Notes under the pieces: generated by a model
Database searches by the model: none
Seen by the model: the letters and a program-made list of their open reading frames with translations, nothing else
What the model was told of the DNA's origin: nothing
Position numbers and translations under genes: made by a program
Shown here: positions 19,455-28,205 of the stretch, one piece after another
Layout of the letters: each line of letters begins with the position of its first letter
How positions within the stretch are numbered: position 1 is the first letter of the stretch
From: a virus
Taxonomy: Duplodnaviria > Caudoviricetes
Virus record (IMG/VR): IMGVR_UViG_3300020202_000090
Span: 1 to 53,195 of that record
Direction: 5' to 3' (one strand)
Length of the DNA: 53,195 nt

Positions 19455-19701
19455 TCAAATCGTTGCGATTAATTGTTTAGGAATGGCGATCTTAGTTGAC
19501 GCTTTTAAGTCTGCTTCTTCACACTTTGTGGAAAAATCAAAAAGACATTACGGAAACGACGAAGTCAATAAAGAGTCTTTTCTTTTTATTAGAGGTACTG
19601 CTTTGGAGTACGTATTAAAAACGTACAACATCGCGTACGACGCTGACGAGTTACGAAAAGCATTTTTTAACTTCATAGACCATAAGGAATTTATTGAATG
19701 A
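19441..19701 (+). CDS. Hypothetical protein
   Basis: AAGGA before ATG 19441; ATGA overlap with next gene. Confidence 0.55.
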   Translation: MKEISQIVAINCLGMAILVDAFKSASSHFVEKSKRHYGNDEVNKESFLFIRGTALEYVLKTYNIAYDADELRKAFFNFIDHKEFIE

Positions 19702-20687
19702 TATCTTTGATTTTTTGTCATCACAAAGGAAGGTTAATTGATCGGGCAATTGAAACAGCTTTAAAGTCTCGGAAGATTGAATTTGAAATCATTGTAGCGA
19801 CTTCTGACCCGACATTTTCTTACAACCATCCTGTTGTAAAAGTAGTTCAAATAGAAGGTGGTCCAGCTAAGAAAAGAAACTTAGCACTCCGGTATTCAAT
19901 AGGGGAATACATTGCTTTCTATGATGACGATGTGGAATTAGATATGGATTCCTTAGTTGAAATGTATCACGTTTTAATAAGACCTGAAGTGGGAATGGTT
20001 TTCGGGAAATTACTAAACATGGAGCATCGTGACAGATTTGATGAGGCTGGTGGTTTTTTAACTTGGACAGGATTCATTTGGTCGAGGGCTGAGAACAACC
20101 TAAAAGATGTTGGACAGTATGAAAACATCGAACCTGTTTTTTCTGGAAAATCAGCGGCTTGTATGATTAAAAGAAAAGTTCTTACCTCTGTAGGAGCATT
20201 TGATACCACATTTGGTATATTGGGGGAAGAGACTGATTTAGCTTGGCGAGTATGGTTATCCGGTTATCAGGTTCTATTTGTTCCTCGGTCTGTTACGTGG
20301 CACGCCTTTAATACTAAATTTAAACCCATCGATTTTTACACCCACGAACGAGTCTATTACAACGGTTGTAGAAATTACATCACGATGCTTGCGAGTAATT
20401 TAGAAACCAAGAATTTATGGAAAATTTTACCGATTCATATTATTTGCTGGATTGTTGCTGGAACCGGAATGTTTTTTAAAGGCAAGTTTCGAGCGGCGTT
20501 CTTCATATTTCGCGGATTACTATCTATACCGCATAATATTAGCTGGATCAAGATTAAGCGGGAGAAGGTTGCAAGTATCCGTAAATTAACGGATAAAGAG
20601 CTATTTAAAACAATCTATCGAAAAGTGAATCTTGGTTATTACTTAAACCGTCTTTTTCGATATTGGCAAATTGGATTGCATGGATAA
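19698..20687 (+). CDS. GT2 glycosyltransferase (WbbL-like)
   Basis: GEYIAFYDDD; SAACMIKR..VGAFD..EETDLAWR..RN. Confidence 0.88.
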   Translation: MISLIFCHHKGRLIDRAIETALKSRKIEFEIIVATSDPTFSYNHPVVKVVQIEGGPAKKRNLALRYSIGEYIAFYDDDVELDMDSLVEMYHVLIRPEVGMVFGKLLNMEHRDRFDEAGGFLTWTGFIWSRAENNLKDVGQYENIEPVFSGKSAACMIKRKVLTSVGAFDTTFGILGEETDLAWRVWLSGYQVLFVPRSVTWHAFNTKFKPIDFYTHERVYYNGCRNYITMLASNLETKNLWKILPIHIICWIVAGTGMFFKGKFRAAFFIFRGLLSIPHNISWIKIKREKVASIRKLTDKELFKTIYRKVNLGYYLNRLFRYWQIGLHG

Positions 20688-21396
20688 TTACTGGCCTACG
20701 CTGTACGAAGACAAGTACGCAGTTAGAAGAATAAAACAATCCGTAGATCTTTTACATGCCTTGCCGATGGAAAGCGTTTTGGACATTGGTTGTAACAAAA
20801 AAGAGGCACTTAAATATCTACCCTCCAATATCTCCTATACTGGCATAGACGGCATCTACGGACACCAAATTGACGGTTTATTTGATTTAGGACGAACGTT
20901 CGATAACATTCTATGCCTTGAGACCTTGGAGCACTTAAAATGGCCCCAACAGACTTTAAAGTCAATTTATGACCATTTACGGCCTGGAGGTACAGTTGTC
21001 ATAAGCCTTCCGAACGAAACAACCCTGTTTCATAGAATAAGAGCCCTCTTTGGAGTGGTGGACGCGGAATGCTTCCAAGAATGCTCTAAACATCTCCATC
21101 TCCCAAGCCTTTCTCAAAGTCGACTGTTCCTATCCAGTTTGTTCAAGATTGAGAAAGAGAAGTATTACATTAACCCGAGCGCAACAGGATCTCGCCAAGC
21201 GTGGCTCGGAGACCTACTCAAACTAATCCCAGATAACTTTTGGCAGCTTTTGGCCAACTTAATGCCAAGTCTCTTTGCAAGAGGCTGGATATTTAGGTGC
21301 AAAAAAAATGAAGCAACCAAGGATTCTGCTTTTGGACATCGAGACCAGTCCGCTAACTTGTTACACATGGGGATTATACGATCAAAATGTGGTTAA
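20680..21396 (+). CDS. Class I SAM-dependent methyltransferase
   Basis: VLDIGC; FDNILCLETLEHL; LRPGG..SLPN. Confidence 0.85.
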   Translation: MDNYWPTLYEDKYAVRRIKQSVDLLHALPMESVLDIGCNKKEALKYLPSNISYTGIDGIYGHQIDGLFDLGRTFDNILCLETLEHLKWPQQTLKSIYDHLRPGGTVVISLPNETTLFHRIRALFGVVDAECFQECSKHLHLPSLSQSRLFLSSLFKIEKEKYYINPSATGSRQAWLGDLLKLIPDNFWQLLANLMPSLFARGWIFRCKKNEATKDSAFGHRDQSANLLHMGIIRSKCG

Positions 21397-22033
21397 AAAG
21401 ATAAAGACTTTCAGCATTCTTTCTGTTGCCTACCAATGGTTCGGGCAAAAAACAAAAGTATTAGCTTGTGATAATCAATCAGAAAAGTCTCTTCTTTCTA
21501 AACTCCACAAACTTTTAGACCAAGCAGACGTGGTCATTGCTCATAACGGAGATTCTTTTGATATAAAAAAAATAAACGCAAGGTTTATAGTTCACAAATA
21601 TAACCCACCAAGTCCCTATAAAACGATTGATACCAAGAAAGAAGCAAAGAAGGTTGCGGCGTTTGACTCTAATAGTCTGAATAATTTAGGTATTGATATG
21701 GACGAAGGCGAAAAGATCAAACACCGTGGATTTGATATGTGGGAAGGGTGTATGTCTGGGAATAAGCGAGATTGGGATGACATGAAGCGATACAATAAAA
21801 AGGACGTTGATTTATTAGCCAGAATTTATCTAAGACTAAGAGCCTGGATGAAAAACCATCCTAATGTTACTTTGTACAGTAAATCAAATCCAGAATCTTG
21901 CCCTAAATGCACTTCAGATAAAGTCCAAAGAAGGGGTTTTGACGTAAAGAAATCAAAGAAGTACCAGAGATTCCAGTGTCAGGATTGTGGTGGTTGGTTT
22001 AGTGGTATGCCGTTACTTTCCAGAAAAGTCTGA
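21308..22033 (+). CDS. RNase H-fold DEDD 3'-5' exonuclease with C-terminal zinc ribbon
   Basis: LLDIET; AHNGDSFD; YNKKDV; CPKC..CQDC. Confidence 0.85.
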   Translation: MKQPRILLLDIETSPLTCYTWGLYDQNVVKKIKTFSILSVAYQWFGQKTKVLACDNQSEKSLLSKLHKLLDQADVVIAHNGDSFDIKKINARFIVHKYNPPSPYKTIDTKKEAKKVAAFDSNSLNNLGIDMDEGEKIKHRGFDMWEGCMSGNKRDWDDMKRYNKKDVDLLARIYLRLRAWMKNHPNVTLYSKSNPESCPKCTSDKVQRRGFDVKKSKKYQRFQCQDCGGWFSGMPLLSRKV

Positions 22034-23464
22034 AAGATGACCTAACATATACTTTGCGCCTTTTAGTAAATACTTCCAGTCATCTTTGGTACGTGCAGAA
22101 TATAGCTTTCTTGCTATAAATTGTGGCGTAATGCAAGATTTATAAATTCCTCGCGTCATACCTAAAATCTCTTCGTCTGACATTGGAGACTTCATGACTG
22201 GTTTTCGCATATCCCAATGATCCCAGTCACCAGGTTTATATTTTAACCAGTCGTTTTCTAAGCACTGACTGTAAAGAGCGGTCCCTGGATAGGGGACACA
22301 GATCGTGGCTTGAAGCGTTTTTATCCAACCTTTTTTAAATAAACTTTTGCAGAGATTGATTGTTTCTTGCGCTTCACTTTTAGTTTCCCACGGATATCCA
22401 ACCATGGTTGTGACATGCGGATCAAGGCCATACTTGCTAGCGAGTTGGCAGCTATTCTCAATATCTCCACGAGTGTATCGTTTATTAATTCTTTTGTTTG
22501 TAGCGTCATTAGCAGACTCAAATCCAAATAATATGAACCGAAACCCCGCAGAAGCCATACCTTTCCAATCTTCTTCTTTAAGGACCCCAGGTTGCATATT
22601 ACATCCCATCGTGATCCGAGCTTTTCCATGCTTTAATCCTTTATTGAATTTTCTTAATTCTTCACAGAAACTATATAACCAGTTCCCAATAGGGAATGTG
22701 CCAGTGTCGTCAAAAACTTCTCTAATTCCAAGAGAGGCACAGGCTTCGACCTCCGCCATTGCTTTACTAACTGAAGTAACTCGCCAATTTTTGAATGTGT
22801 TGGTCCAGGAGCAGAAAGTACAACCGCCCTGGTGTCTCCACCAACAGTCACGGCCAAACATAGTGTGCGTGCCCGGAAGATACTTATAGTTACCTGAGCC
22901 TTTGTCGTAGGCATAAAGTCTCCATTTCGCTATTTCTCGGTTGATGATTTGGACGTTTTCAAGTCCGTGATTTGTTCCGTAATCCAAGACTGTCCGGTTG
23001 TGGGTTTGATTTTTGGATTCGATTTCGGAAACAAGACGTGCCAAGGAAAAATCATAGTCGCCTCCTTTTAATACATAATCAGCATCACTATTAGCTATCG
23101 TTTCTTCCGGTAAAGCTGTTACGTGGTCACCGCAAATAACTACCTTACAATATGGGATTAGTTTTTTAATTTTATCCGTTATATTCCAGGTTCTCTTGAT
23201 GCTTGGAGTCTTGGATTCCATTAGAATTAACTCGGGCTCGAAAAATTCTAGCTCTTTTAGGAACCTTTCTTCATCCATTCCTTGCGCTGGCCCATCAACC
23301 CATTCAACTGCATGCCCTCCGTTTTTGAGCATGGTGGCCGCAGAGGCCAGCACCACAGGAAAAATATAAGCTCCGTGTTCAAAGTATTGTGCCTGTCTAT
23401 TTTGACTTGTTTGCGGATTTCCAGGGGCATCATCAAATGACGGATGCGCAATTATGATTTTCAT
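22013..23464 (-). CDS. Cobalamin-binding radical SAM enzyme with CX7CX2C motif
   Basis: FPVVLASAATML; GDHVTALP; GRDCWWRHQGGCTFC; FGFES; PYPGT. Confidence 0.85.
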   Translation of the reverse strand: MKIIIAHPSFDDAPGNPQTSQNRQAQYFEHGAYIFPVVLASAATMLKNGGHAVEWVDGPAQGMDEERFLKELEFFEPELILMESKTPSIKRTWNITDKIKKLIPYCKVVICGDHVTALPEETIANSDADYVLKGGDYDFSLARLVSEIESKNQTHNRTVLDYGTNHGLENVQIINREIAKWRLYAYDKGSGNYKYLPGTHTMFGRDCWWRHQGGCTFCSWTNTFKNWRVTSVSKAMAEVEACASLGIREVFDDTGTFPIGNWLYSFCEELRKFNKGLKHGKARITMGCNMQPGVLKEEDWKGMASAGFRFILFGFESANDATNKRINKRYTRGDIENSCQLASKYGLDPHVTTMVGYPWETKSEAQETINLCKSLFKKGWIKTLQATICVPYPGTALYSQCLENDWLKYKPGDWDHWDMRKPVMKSPMSDEEILGMTRGIYKSCITPQFIARKLYSARTKDDWKYLLKGAKYMLGHLSDFSGK

Positions 23465-23544
23465 TTATTCTCCAATTTAAAGCCCACCCCACTTGAATTG
23501 CTCGACATTTAGTACTCATCCTACACTCGAGCTAAAGAACAGTT

Positions 23545-23730
23545 TTAAGTGCGGGTGGGCGTGATTAGATGACTTCTACATTCAATGGTTTTTCCAAACC
23601 AAAGATTCCACCACTTCATTGTTGGACAATACAATTCAGTTGCTATGATCTTTTCGCCAGTTTCTTCATCGTATCCGTATATAAATTCGTAACTGACTAA
23701 TTTAGTTCCACATCCTGAACAGAATTTCAT
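23545..23730 (-). CDS. Zinc-ribbon hypothetical protein
   Basis: MKFCSGCG. Confidence 0.55.
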   Translation of the reverse strand: MKFCSGCGTKLVSYEFIYGYDEETGEKIIATELYCPTMKWWNLWFGKTIECRSHLITPTRT

Positions 23731-23842
23731 GCTCAGGCCCCTTCCTTGGGTTGCTCACATTCGTGACTTAAAAAGTTTTCCAGAGTTACAAGCCAACGTT
23801 TACAAAGGTTACAGTATGCTTGAATATAATCATCATCGAGAC

Positions 23843-24253
23843 TCATTCATTCACCTCCGAGCCTAGGGCTTCTTTGGCTTCTAGGATGGCACGATAAAAC
23901 TCAGCTGTCGCTTCACCACCCTCATCTGCAACTATTAACTTCTCCAGAGCTTGCCGAAGCCGAGCGTTTTCTGCTTGATGCTTACCGTTATCTTTTTTCT
24001 GTTCAGCGATAACCATATAAAGATCAATTATCGGGTGTTCGTTCTTATAAAAGTAATTCTCATTCTTCAGCTCCGCGATCTGCTTCTCAAGCTCCTTACA
24101 CCTACAATCCCCACCATTCTCATGACAGCGGAGCATCCATTTGTCCATTTCGGCTATCTTATTCAGCAGAAACCGAATGTCAGCTCGGCTGTTTTCTGTG
24201 GAATACCATTCTTCCTCTGACCGTTTCTTAATCTCCTCAAGCCTCTCACTCAT
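23843..24253 (-). CDS. Coiled-coil phage protein
   Basis: AAGGA RBS; ERLEEIK..DIRFLL..ENARLRQALE. Confidence 0.65.
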   Translation of the reverse strand: MSERLEEIKKRSEEEWYSTENSRADIRFLLNKIAEMDKWMLRCHENGGDCRCKELEKQIAELKNENYFYKNEHPIIDLYMVIAEQKKDNGKHQAENARLRQALEKLIVADEGGEATAEFYRAILEAKEALGSEVNE

Positions 24254-24307
24254 CGTTTCCTTCTCCTTTACATATAGATTGCATGTGTAAAATAAGACAT
24301 GGTTTGT

Positions 24308-24820
24308 TTACATATCCTTTAGAAGATTGCGTTCACGGAGGAATTTGAGAGCGTCTTTTGATGCTTTCTTATGCCAATTCGCTCCAACTTCAACATTGTC
24401 ATTCATGTAATCTGCCAGCTCATCTTCGAGCTTCTTTTCTTCAGGCCTTTTTGCGCCGCATTCTAAACAAAACTTTGGTTCGTTATAAAAGTATCCATAA
24501 GACCCACAAAGCCACTCATTTTTAGGGTTTTTTCCATTACAGGAATAAGCTCTAATATGACCGCAGGGCCACTCTCTCGATTTCTTTGGCTTCAAACTCT
24601 CTGGCATCTTGAATCCTGCTCCTAATCCACATTCCTTCAGTTCTTCTAGGCCAAGTATATCTTTGGTATCTGGTTTGTTTTTAATGTTGTTCGCCTGACA
24701 ATACAAACGATCAAGTTCATCAGCCTTCTTTGAGAGCCATAATGCAATAGTTGTCTCTACCTTATCTGTATAAGATTCCAAAAGTGTTTTTAATAGTTTT
24801 TCAGTTAATTCATGCCTCAT
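24308..24820 (-). CDS. Hypothetical protein
   Basis: FCLECGAKRP; ATGA overlap. Confidence 0.6.
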   Translation of the reverse strand: MRHELTEKLLKTLLESYTDKVETTIALWLSKKADELDRLYCQANNIKNKPDTKDILGLEELKECGLGAGFKMPESLKPKKSREWPCGHIRAYSCNGKNPKNEWLCGSYGYFYNEPKFCLECGAKRPEEKKLEDELADYMNDNVEVGANWHKKASKDALKFLRERNLLKDM

Positions 24821-25026
24821 GCGCTTTCTCCTAGGTCTTCAATTAACGCTTTTATTGCTGCGTTGCCACCTTGAACATAATCATCTACCTCTGTCTCCAC
24901 CAAATTTTCTTTTAGATATTCCTGCACCGCTTTCAGGATGGCTTCGGTTGGTTCATCATAAAAACCTTGATCAATATCAGATGACCACATTCCAATAATT
25001 CTTCTTATCTGCTCTTTGAGGTTCAT
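24817..25026 (-). CDS. Hypothetical protein
   Basis: Packed leftward operon. Confidence 0.6.
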   Translation of the reverse strand: MNLKEQIRRIIGMWSSDIDQGFYDEPTEAILKAVQEYLKENLVETEVDDYVQGGNAAIKALIEDLGESA

Positions 25027-25087
25027 TTAGCACCACACTGTTGTGGCACTTGATGATATCCGCCACATCTAGGACAAGGGTAGAGGG

Positions 25088-25255
25088 TCATTTAGCACCA
25101 AACCACTTATCTATAATTTTTAGATTATTCCACATGCTAATTATTACCTCTGTGGGAACATTTTTAAAAAGTCTGTCTGCAAAGACAATGAATGCCCTGC
25201 CTGATAAATCAGTCTTATTAGTTACTCGAACCTTCTTCACCTTCGGCTTGCTCAT
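25088..25255 (-). CDS. Hypothetical protein
   Basis: ATG overlapping upstream stop. Confidence 0.45.
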   Translation of the reverse strand: MSKPKVKKVRVTNKTDLSGRAFIVFADRLFKNVPTEVIISMWNNLKIIDKWFGAK

Positions 25256-25470
25256 TTCTTCTTCCTTGGCAATCTTTGTCCACAAGTACAGCAATAAGCA
25301 GCCAGAACTCTAGTCGATACTTTCTTTCCTGCAAACTTGATTTCCAATTGTTGGTATTCTAAAGGCCATGCATCAACCTTCTTCACTTTTTGCATACATC
25401 CAAATTTTTTACTAAACACGTCTGATTCTTTCTTAGAGGGCCATGTCTTTCGAGTCATTTTAGTTTTCAC
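25252..25470 (-). CDS. Basic zinc-binding hypothetical protein
   Basis: CCTCGQRL. Confidence 0.5.
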   Translation of the reverse strand: MKTKMTRKTWPSKKESDVFSKKFGCMQKVKKVDAWPLEYQQLEIKFAGKKVSTRVLAAYCCTCGQRLPRKKK

Positions 25471-25654
25471 TCCTAACCTCCACTAGTTTCTCTTCATTGT
25501 ATTTTTTAACCCCAGCCCTCCAGCCTTCTTCATATGGAGAGTAGTATCGTTTTGCGCTTTCATAACCTGTTTTAAAGCCTCGATCATAAGCTTTAGGCAC
25601 TGATTCTTTGCATCCAGCAGAAAATAAAAGCATTAAAATTAAATACTTAATCAT
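25460..25654 (-). CDS. Putative lipoprotein
   Basis: MIKYLILMLLFSAGC lipobox-like; GAGG RBS. Confidence 0.55.
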   Translation of the reverse strand: MIKYLILMLLFSAGCKESVPKAYDRGFKTGYESAKRYYSPYEEGWRAGVKKYNEEKLVEVRSEN

Positions 25655-25688
25655 GTTTACAATTCCTCTCTAGGTTCTGGTTTACAAA

Positions 25689-25777
25689 GGGGGCTAGCAG
25701 TTGGTCTGCACGTTTTAGGACTTGAACCTTTCAGCCAAACCCAATGGCTTAACGTCGGCTACCACGCCATAGCCCCC
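25689..25777 (-). ncRNA. Rearranged tRNA-like multibranch RNA
   Basis: GGGGGCTA/TAGCCCCC outer stem; GGC-GTGGTA-GCC; ACGTT/AACGT; AGCCA-TTGGGTT-TGGCT; AGG-TTCAAGT-CCT; GCAG-ACCAA-CTGC. Confidence 0.65.
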
Positions 25778-25787
25778 AATAATCAAA

Positions 25788-25916
25788 GCAGACTGGAAGG
25801 ACTTGAACCTCCAACATCAAATCGACTTATTGTTACGCATCAGAATAGATACCACCTAGGATTCAACTAAACCTAGCGTACATTGCGATCAGTGCTCTAA
25901 TTGAGCTACAGTCTGC
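25788..25916 (-). ncRNA. tRNA-like RNA with greatly enlarged anticodon domain (129 nt)
   Basis: GCAGACTG/CAGTCTGC; TA-GCTC-AATTA-GAGC; GGAGG-TTCAAGT-CCTTC; ~75-nt structured insert; no CCA. Confidence 0.75.
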
Positions 25917-25941
25917 ATAATTAAGAGGTTGAGGTAGGGAA

Positions 25942-26325
25942 TTAAACTTTCTCATGACATTTCTTGCAAAGCCAAATAACGTCTAATGGCTTGCTATAAT
26001 CATGATGATGCCCCTGGATTTTTCCTTCAACCCCACACGAACTACAAAATTTTGGCTTTATTACTTTTCCAGAACGTACAGCATACTGTAACGCCCATCT
26101 AGCCTTGTATTTCTCTGGATATTTAATCCGCATCATTTTTTGAATTTTGTAATTATGCCTCTTGTTATACCTATTAACTCGCGCTTTTTCTGTCTCTGGA
26201 TTTATTCTTTTCTTTCTTCTTACCTCATAGCAAGTTTTGCAATACGAGACGCAACCTTTCGTTCTACTTGTGTCTCTATAAAATTCAGTTATTAGCTTTT
26301 CTTCTTTACAATCACAACATTTCAT
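25942..26325 (-). CDS. HNH-like endonuclease / zinc-finger protein
   Basis: CCDC..CKTC; CSSCG..IQGHHHDYSKPLDVIWLCKKCH. Confidence 0.75.
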   Translation of the reverse strand: MKCCDCKEEKLITEFYRDTSRTKGCVSYCKTCYEVRRKKRINPETEKARVNRYNKRHNYKIQKMMRIKYPEKYKARWALQYAVRSGKVIKPKFCSSCGVEGKIQGHHHDYSKPLDVIWLCKKCHEKV

Positions 26326-26346
26326 ACGCTCTCAACCTCAATTTGC

Positions 26347-26420
26347 GCCGGGTGCTCTACCACTGAGCTATCAAGGACCATAGGCCCATGAGGAGGAATC
26401 GAACCTCCGACACTCCCGGC
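26347..26420 (-). ncRNA. Circularly permuted tRNA-like RNA (T arm, acceptor, D arm order)
   Basis: GCCGGG..GGAGG-TTCGATT-CCTCC-TCATGGGCC-TAT-GGTCCTTGA-TA-GCTC-AGTGGTA-GAGC-A-CCCGGC. Confidence 0.8.
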
Positions 26421-26428
26421 ATATCTCA

Positions 26429-26497
26429 TTTCCTTGAGCGGCAGGATTCGATGTACCTGCGGCGTTTGCCTAAACCATACAGCTACGCCCAAGGAAA
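26429..26497 (-). ncRNA. tRNA-like RNA lacking anticodon arm
   Basis: 12-bp terminal stem TTTCCTTGGGCG/CGCTCAAGGAAA; TA-GCT-GTATGGTTTA-GGC; 7-nt linker; GCAGG-TACATCGAAT-CCTGC. Confidence 0.65.
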
Positions 26498-26957
26498 AAC
26501 TTATTTAATCTTTGCTCCACAAAAATAACAGGTGTTCTCTACCCAATAATGATTTCCGCTTATTTCGCAACAGTAAGTAGCCATCTTCCCTCCACTCATG
26601 CGGGTTTACTTAGCAACATCCTGCAATCGAACAATCCATTAAGTAATCGTAAGTTTCCATATCTCCATCACTCCTTTATTTGAGACTGCTTAGACATTCT
26701 TTACACTTACCGACAGGCCAAGTTTCCCATCCCCAAGAACCATGAACAAATATAAGTTTCTTGTGTTCAAAACATTGTTCAAACTGTCTGTTTACTAACT
26801 CTTCTTTAGTGACCATCAGACTTCTCGTTGCTATCAACCTTTGTTTCCTTCTTCGAAGGGCATCACTAGATACGAACACAACATAACGTGAAGATAAAGT
26901 TTTGCATGTATCTTCGTTCCGATTTCTTCGAGATATTTTTTATAGCCAGGACTAAAT

Positions 26958-27245
26958 TCACTTTCCATTTTTCCCACCTTCTTTAGCTTCTGCTAGGATG
27001 GCGTTTCTGATTTCTCCAAATCCGTGGAAAGTAATTTTAACTTCTCCGTCATGAGGATCACATATTCTGACAACATCCGTAGCTATCGCTATCTCCGCAG
27101 CCCTCTCAAGTCCGCGAATGTATGCGGCGCGAAGAGCTTCTGTTATCGCTTTCTTCAAACCTTGCTCTGTAATTTGGATTAGCGTGTCGCTCTCCTCAAT
27201 TAAGCCGTATGCGTTATCAATAATTTCTTCAGCTTCTTCCATCAT
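26958..27245 (-). CDS. Hypothetical phage protein
   Basis: AAGGA RBS; GLERAAEIA motif. Confidence 0.6.
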   Translation of the reverse strand: MMEEAEEIIDNAYGLIEESDTLIQITEQGLKKAITEALRAAYIRGLERAAEIAIATDVVRICDPHDGEVKITFHGFGEIRNAILAEAKEGGKNGK

Positions 27246-27257
27246 GGGGTGGTCCTT

Positions 27258-27440
27258 TTATTTATAATCTCTGCAAATAATTCGCATCTTTCCACTACCG
27301 TCATATTGAATGTGCATAATTTCAAGACGCCTTGAGCATCCTTTCATTTCTCTTTCACCCGGATCAACAATGACGTCAATATACGATGGTCTAAACTCTG
27401 GCAAAAACTTATAACCCTTCTTTGTTTTTCGTGGCTTCAT
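27258..27440 (-). CDS. Hypothetical protein
   Basis: GGGGG RBS before ATG. Confidence 0.45.
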   Translation of the reverse strand: MKPRKTKKGYKFLPEFRPSYIDVIVDPGEREMKGCSRRLEIMHIQYDGSGKMRIICRDYK

Positions 27441-27545
27441 CCTACCCCCTAGCTTCCTTTCCTTCTCTAAAACCAATCTCGTATCCTATTAAAAGAAACA
27501 TAGCGTGATAAAAAATTAATGCTACTACAGTGTATATGTTCACAC

Positions 27546-27842
27546 TCACCTCGATTCTCTAGACTGCCGCTTATTTACTCTGACTAATTTAAAAAGCTCC
27601 CATTTCCCATGCGTATAAAAGCAGTCTTTATATTTGTTATTTTTAGCATGCGCTAACTGAGAAACAGCCTGTTGGTGCGTGAAAGCGTATCTGCGAATAT
27701 CACAAGGGTTTGCTCCGCCAACAATCATCCACACATATTTAGCAGGCTTAGTTTTTGCATTTCGATCAGAATGATTCTCATAAGCTAAATTGGAGAGAAT
27801 ATCTATGGCGTTTCTTAACTTATCTTTTTCTTCTTTTTCCAT
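27546..27842 (-). CDS. Hypothetical protein
   Basis: GAGG RBS. Confidence 0.55.
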   Translation of the reverse strand: MEKEEKDKLRNAIDILSNLAYENHSDRNAKTKPAKYVWMIVGGANPCDIRRYAFTHQQAVSQLAHAKNNKYKDCFYTHGKWELFKLVRVNKRQSRESR

Positions 27843-27866
27843 CTCATCCTCTATCCTTGGGGTGGG

Positions 27867-28178
27867 TTAGGCTTCATTTCCGTTCGGCATAACCGATCCG
27901 CTGGGAGGATCTGGATTATAAAATTCTTCAAGAGCGTTGAAAGCTTCAAAAACTCCTGTTGTGTTGCAAGTAGCGCAATCAAAGCCAGGGCAATTATGTT
28001 TTCTTGCTTGTCCCATTTGTTGCACGGCCCAATACAAATTTTTAAGCAAATCAACTTCTTTTCCGCAAGCTGTTAAAACTGACCCGATAGATCCGTCCGT
28101 ATTGATAACGGTACTTAACCTGCAATTAGGCTGTTTCAAAATCTCTTCCAATTCTTTAATTGTCAGCTTATCTCCCAT
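27867..28178 (-). CDS. Hypothetical protein
   Basis: AAGGAG RBS; CPGFDCATC. Confidence 0.55.
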   Translation of the reverse strand: MGDKLTIKELEEILKQPNCRLSTVINTDGSIGSVLTACGKEVDLLKNLYWAVQQMGQARKHNCPGFDCATCNTTGVFEAFNALEEFYNPDPPSGSVMPNGNEA

Positions 28179-28205
28179 ATACCCAATCTCCTTTTTATTT
28201 AGGCT

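Noticed and set aside
22347-22889. 180-aa plus-strand ORF and similar shadow ORFs (e.g. 2655-2942, 4989-5378, 12916-13359, 30731-31144, 42980-43399)
   Set aside because: Antisense or off-frame to well-supported genes, with no motifs
7532-23464. Island as a DNA hypermodification pathway
   Set aside because: Membrane GT-C and polyprenol-type enzymes point to envelope or protein glycans, and no nucleotide kinase, thymidylate synthase homolog or DNA polymerase is seen; not fully excluded for the soluble enzymes
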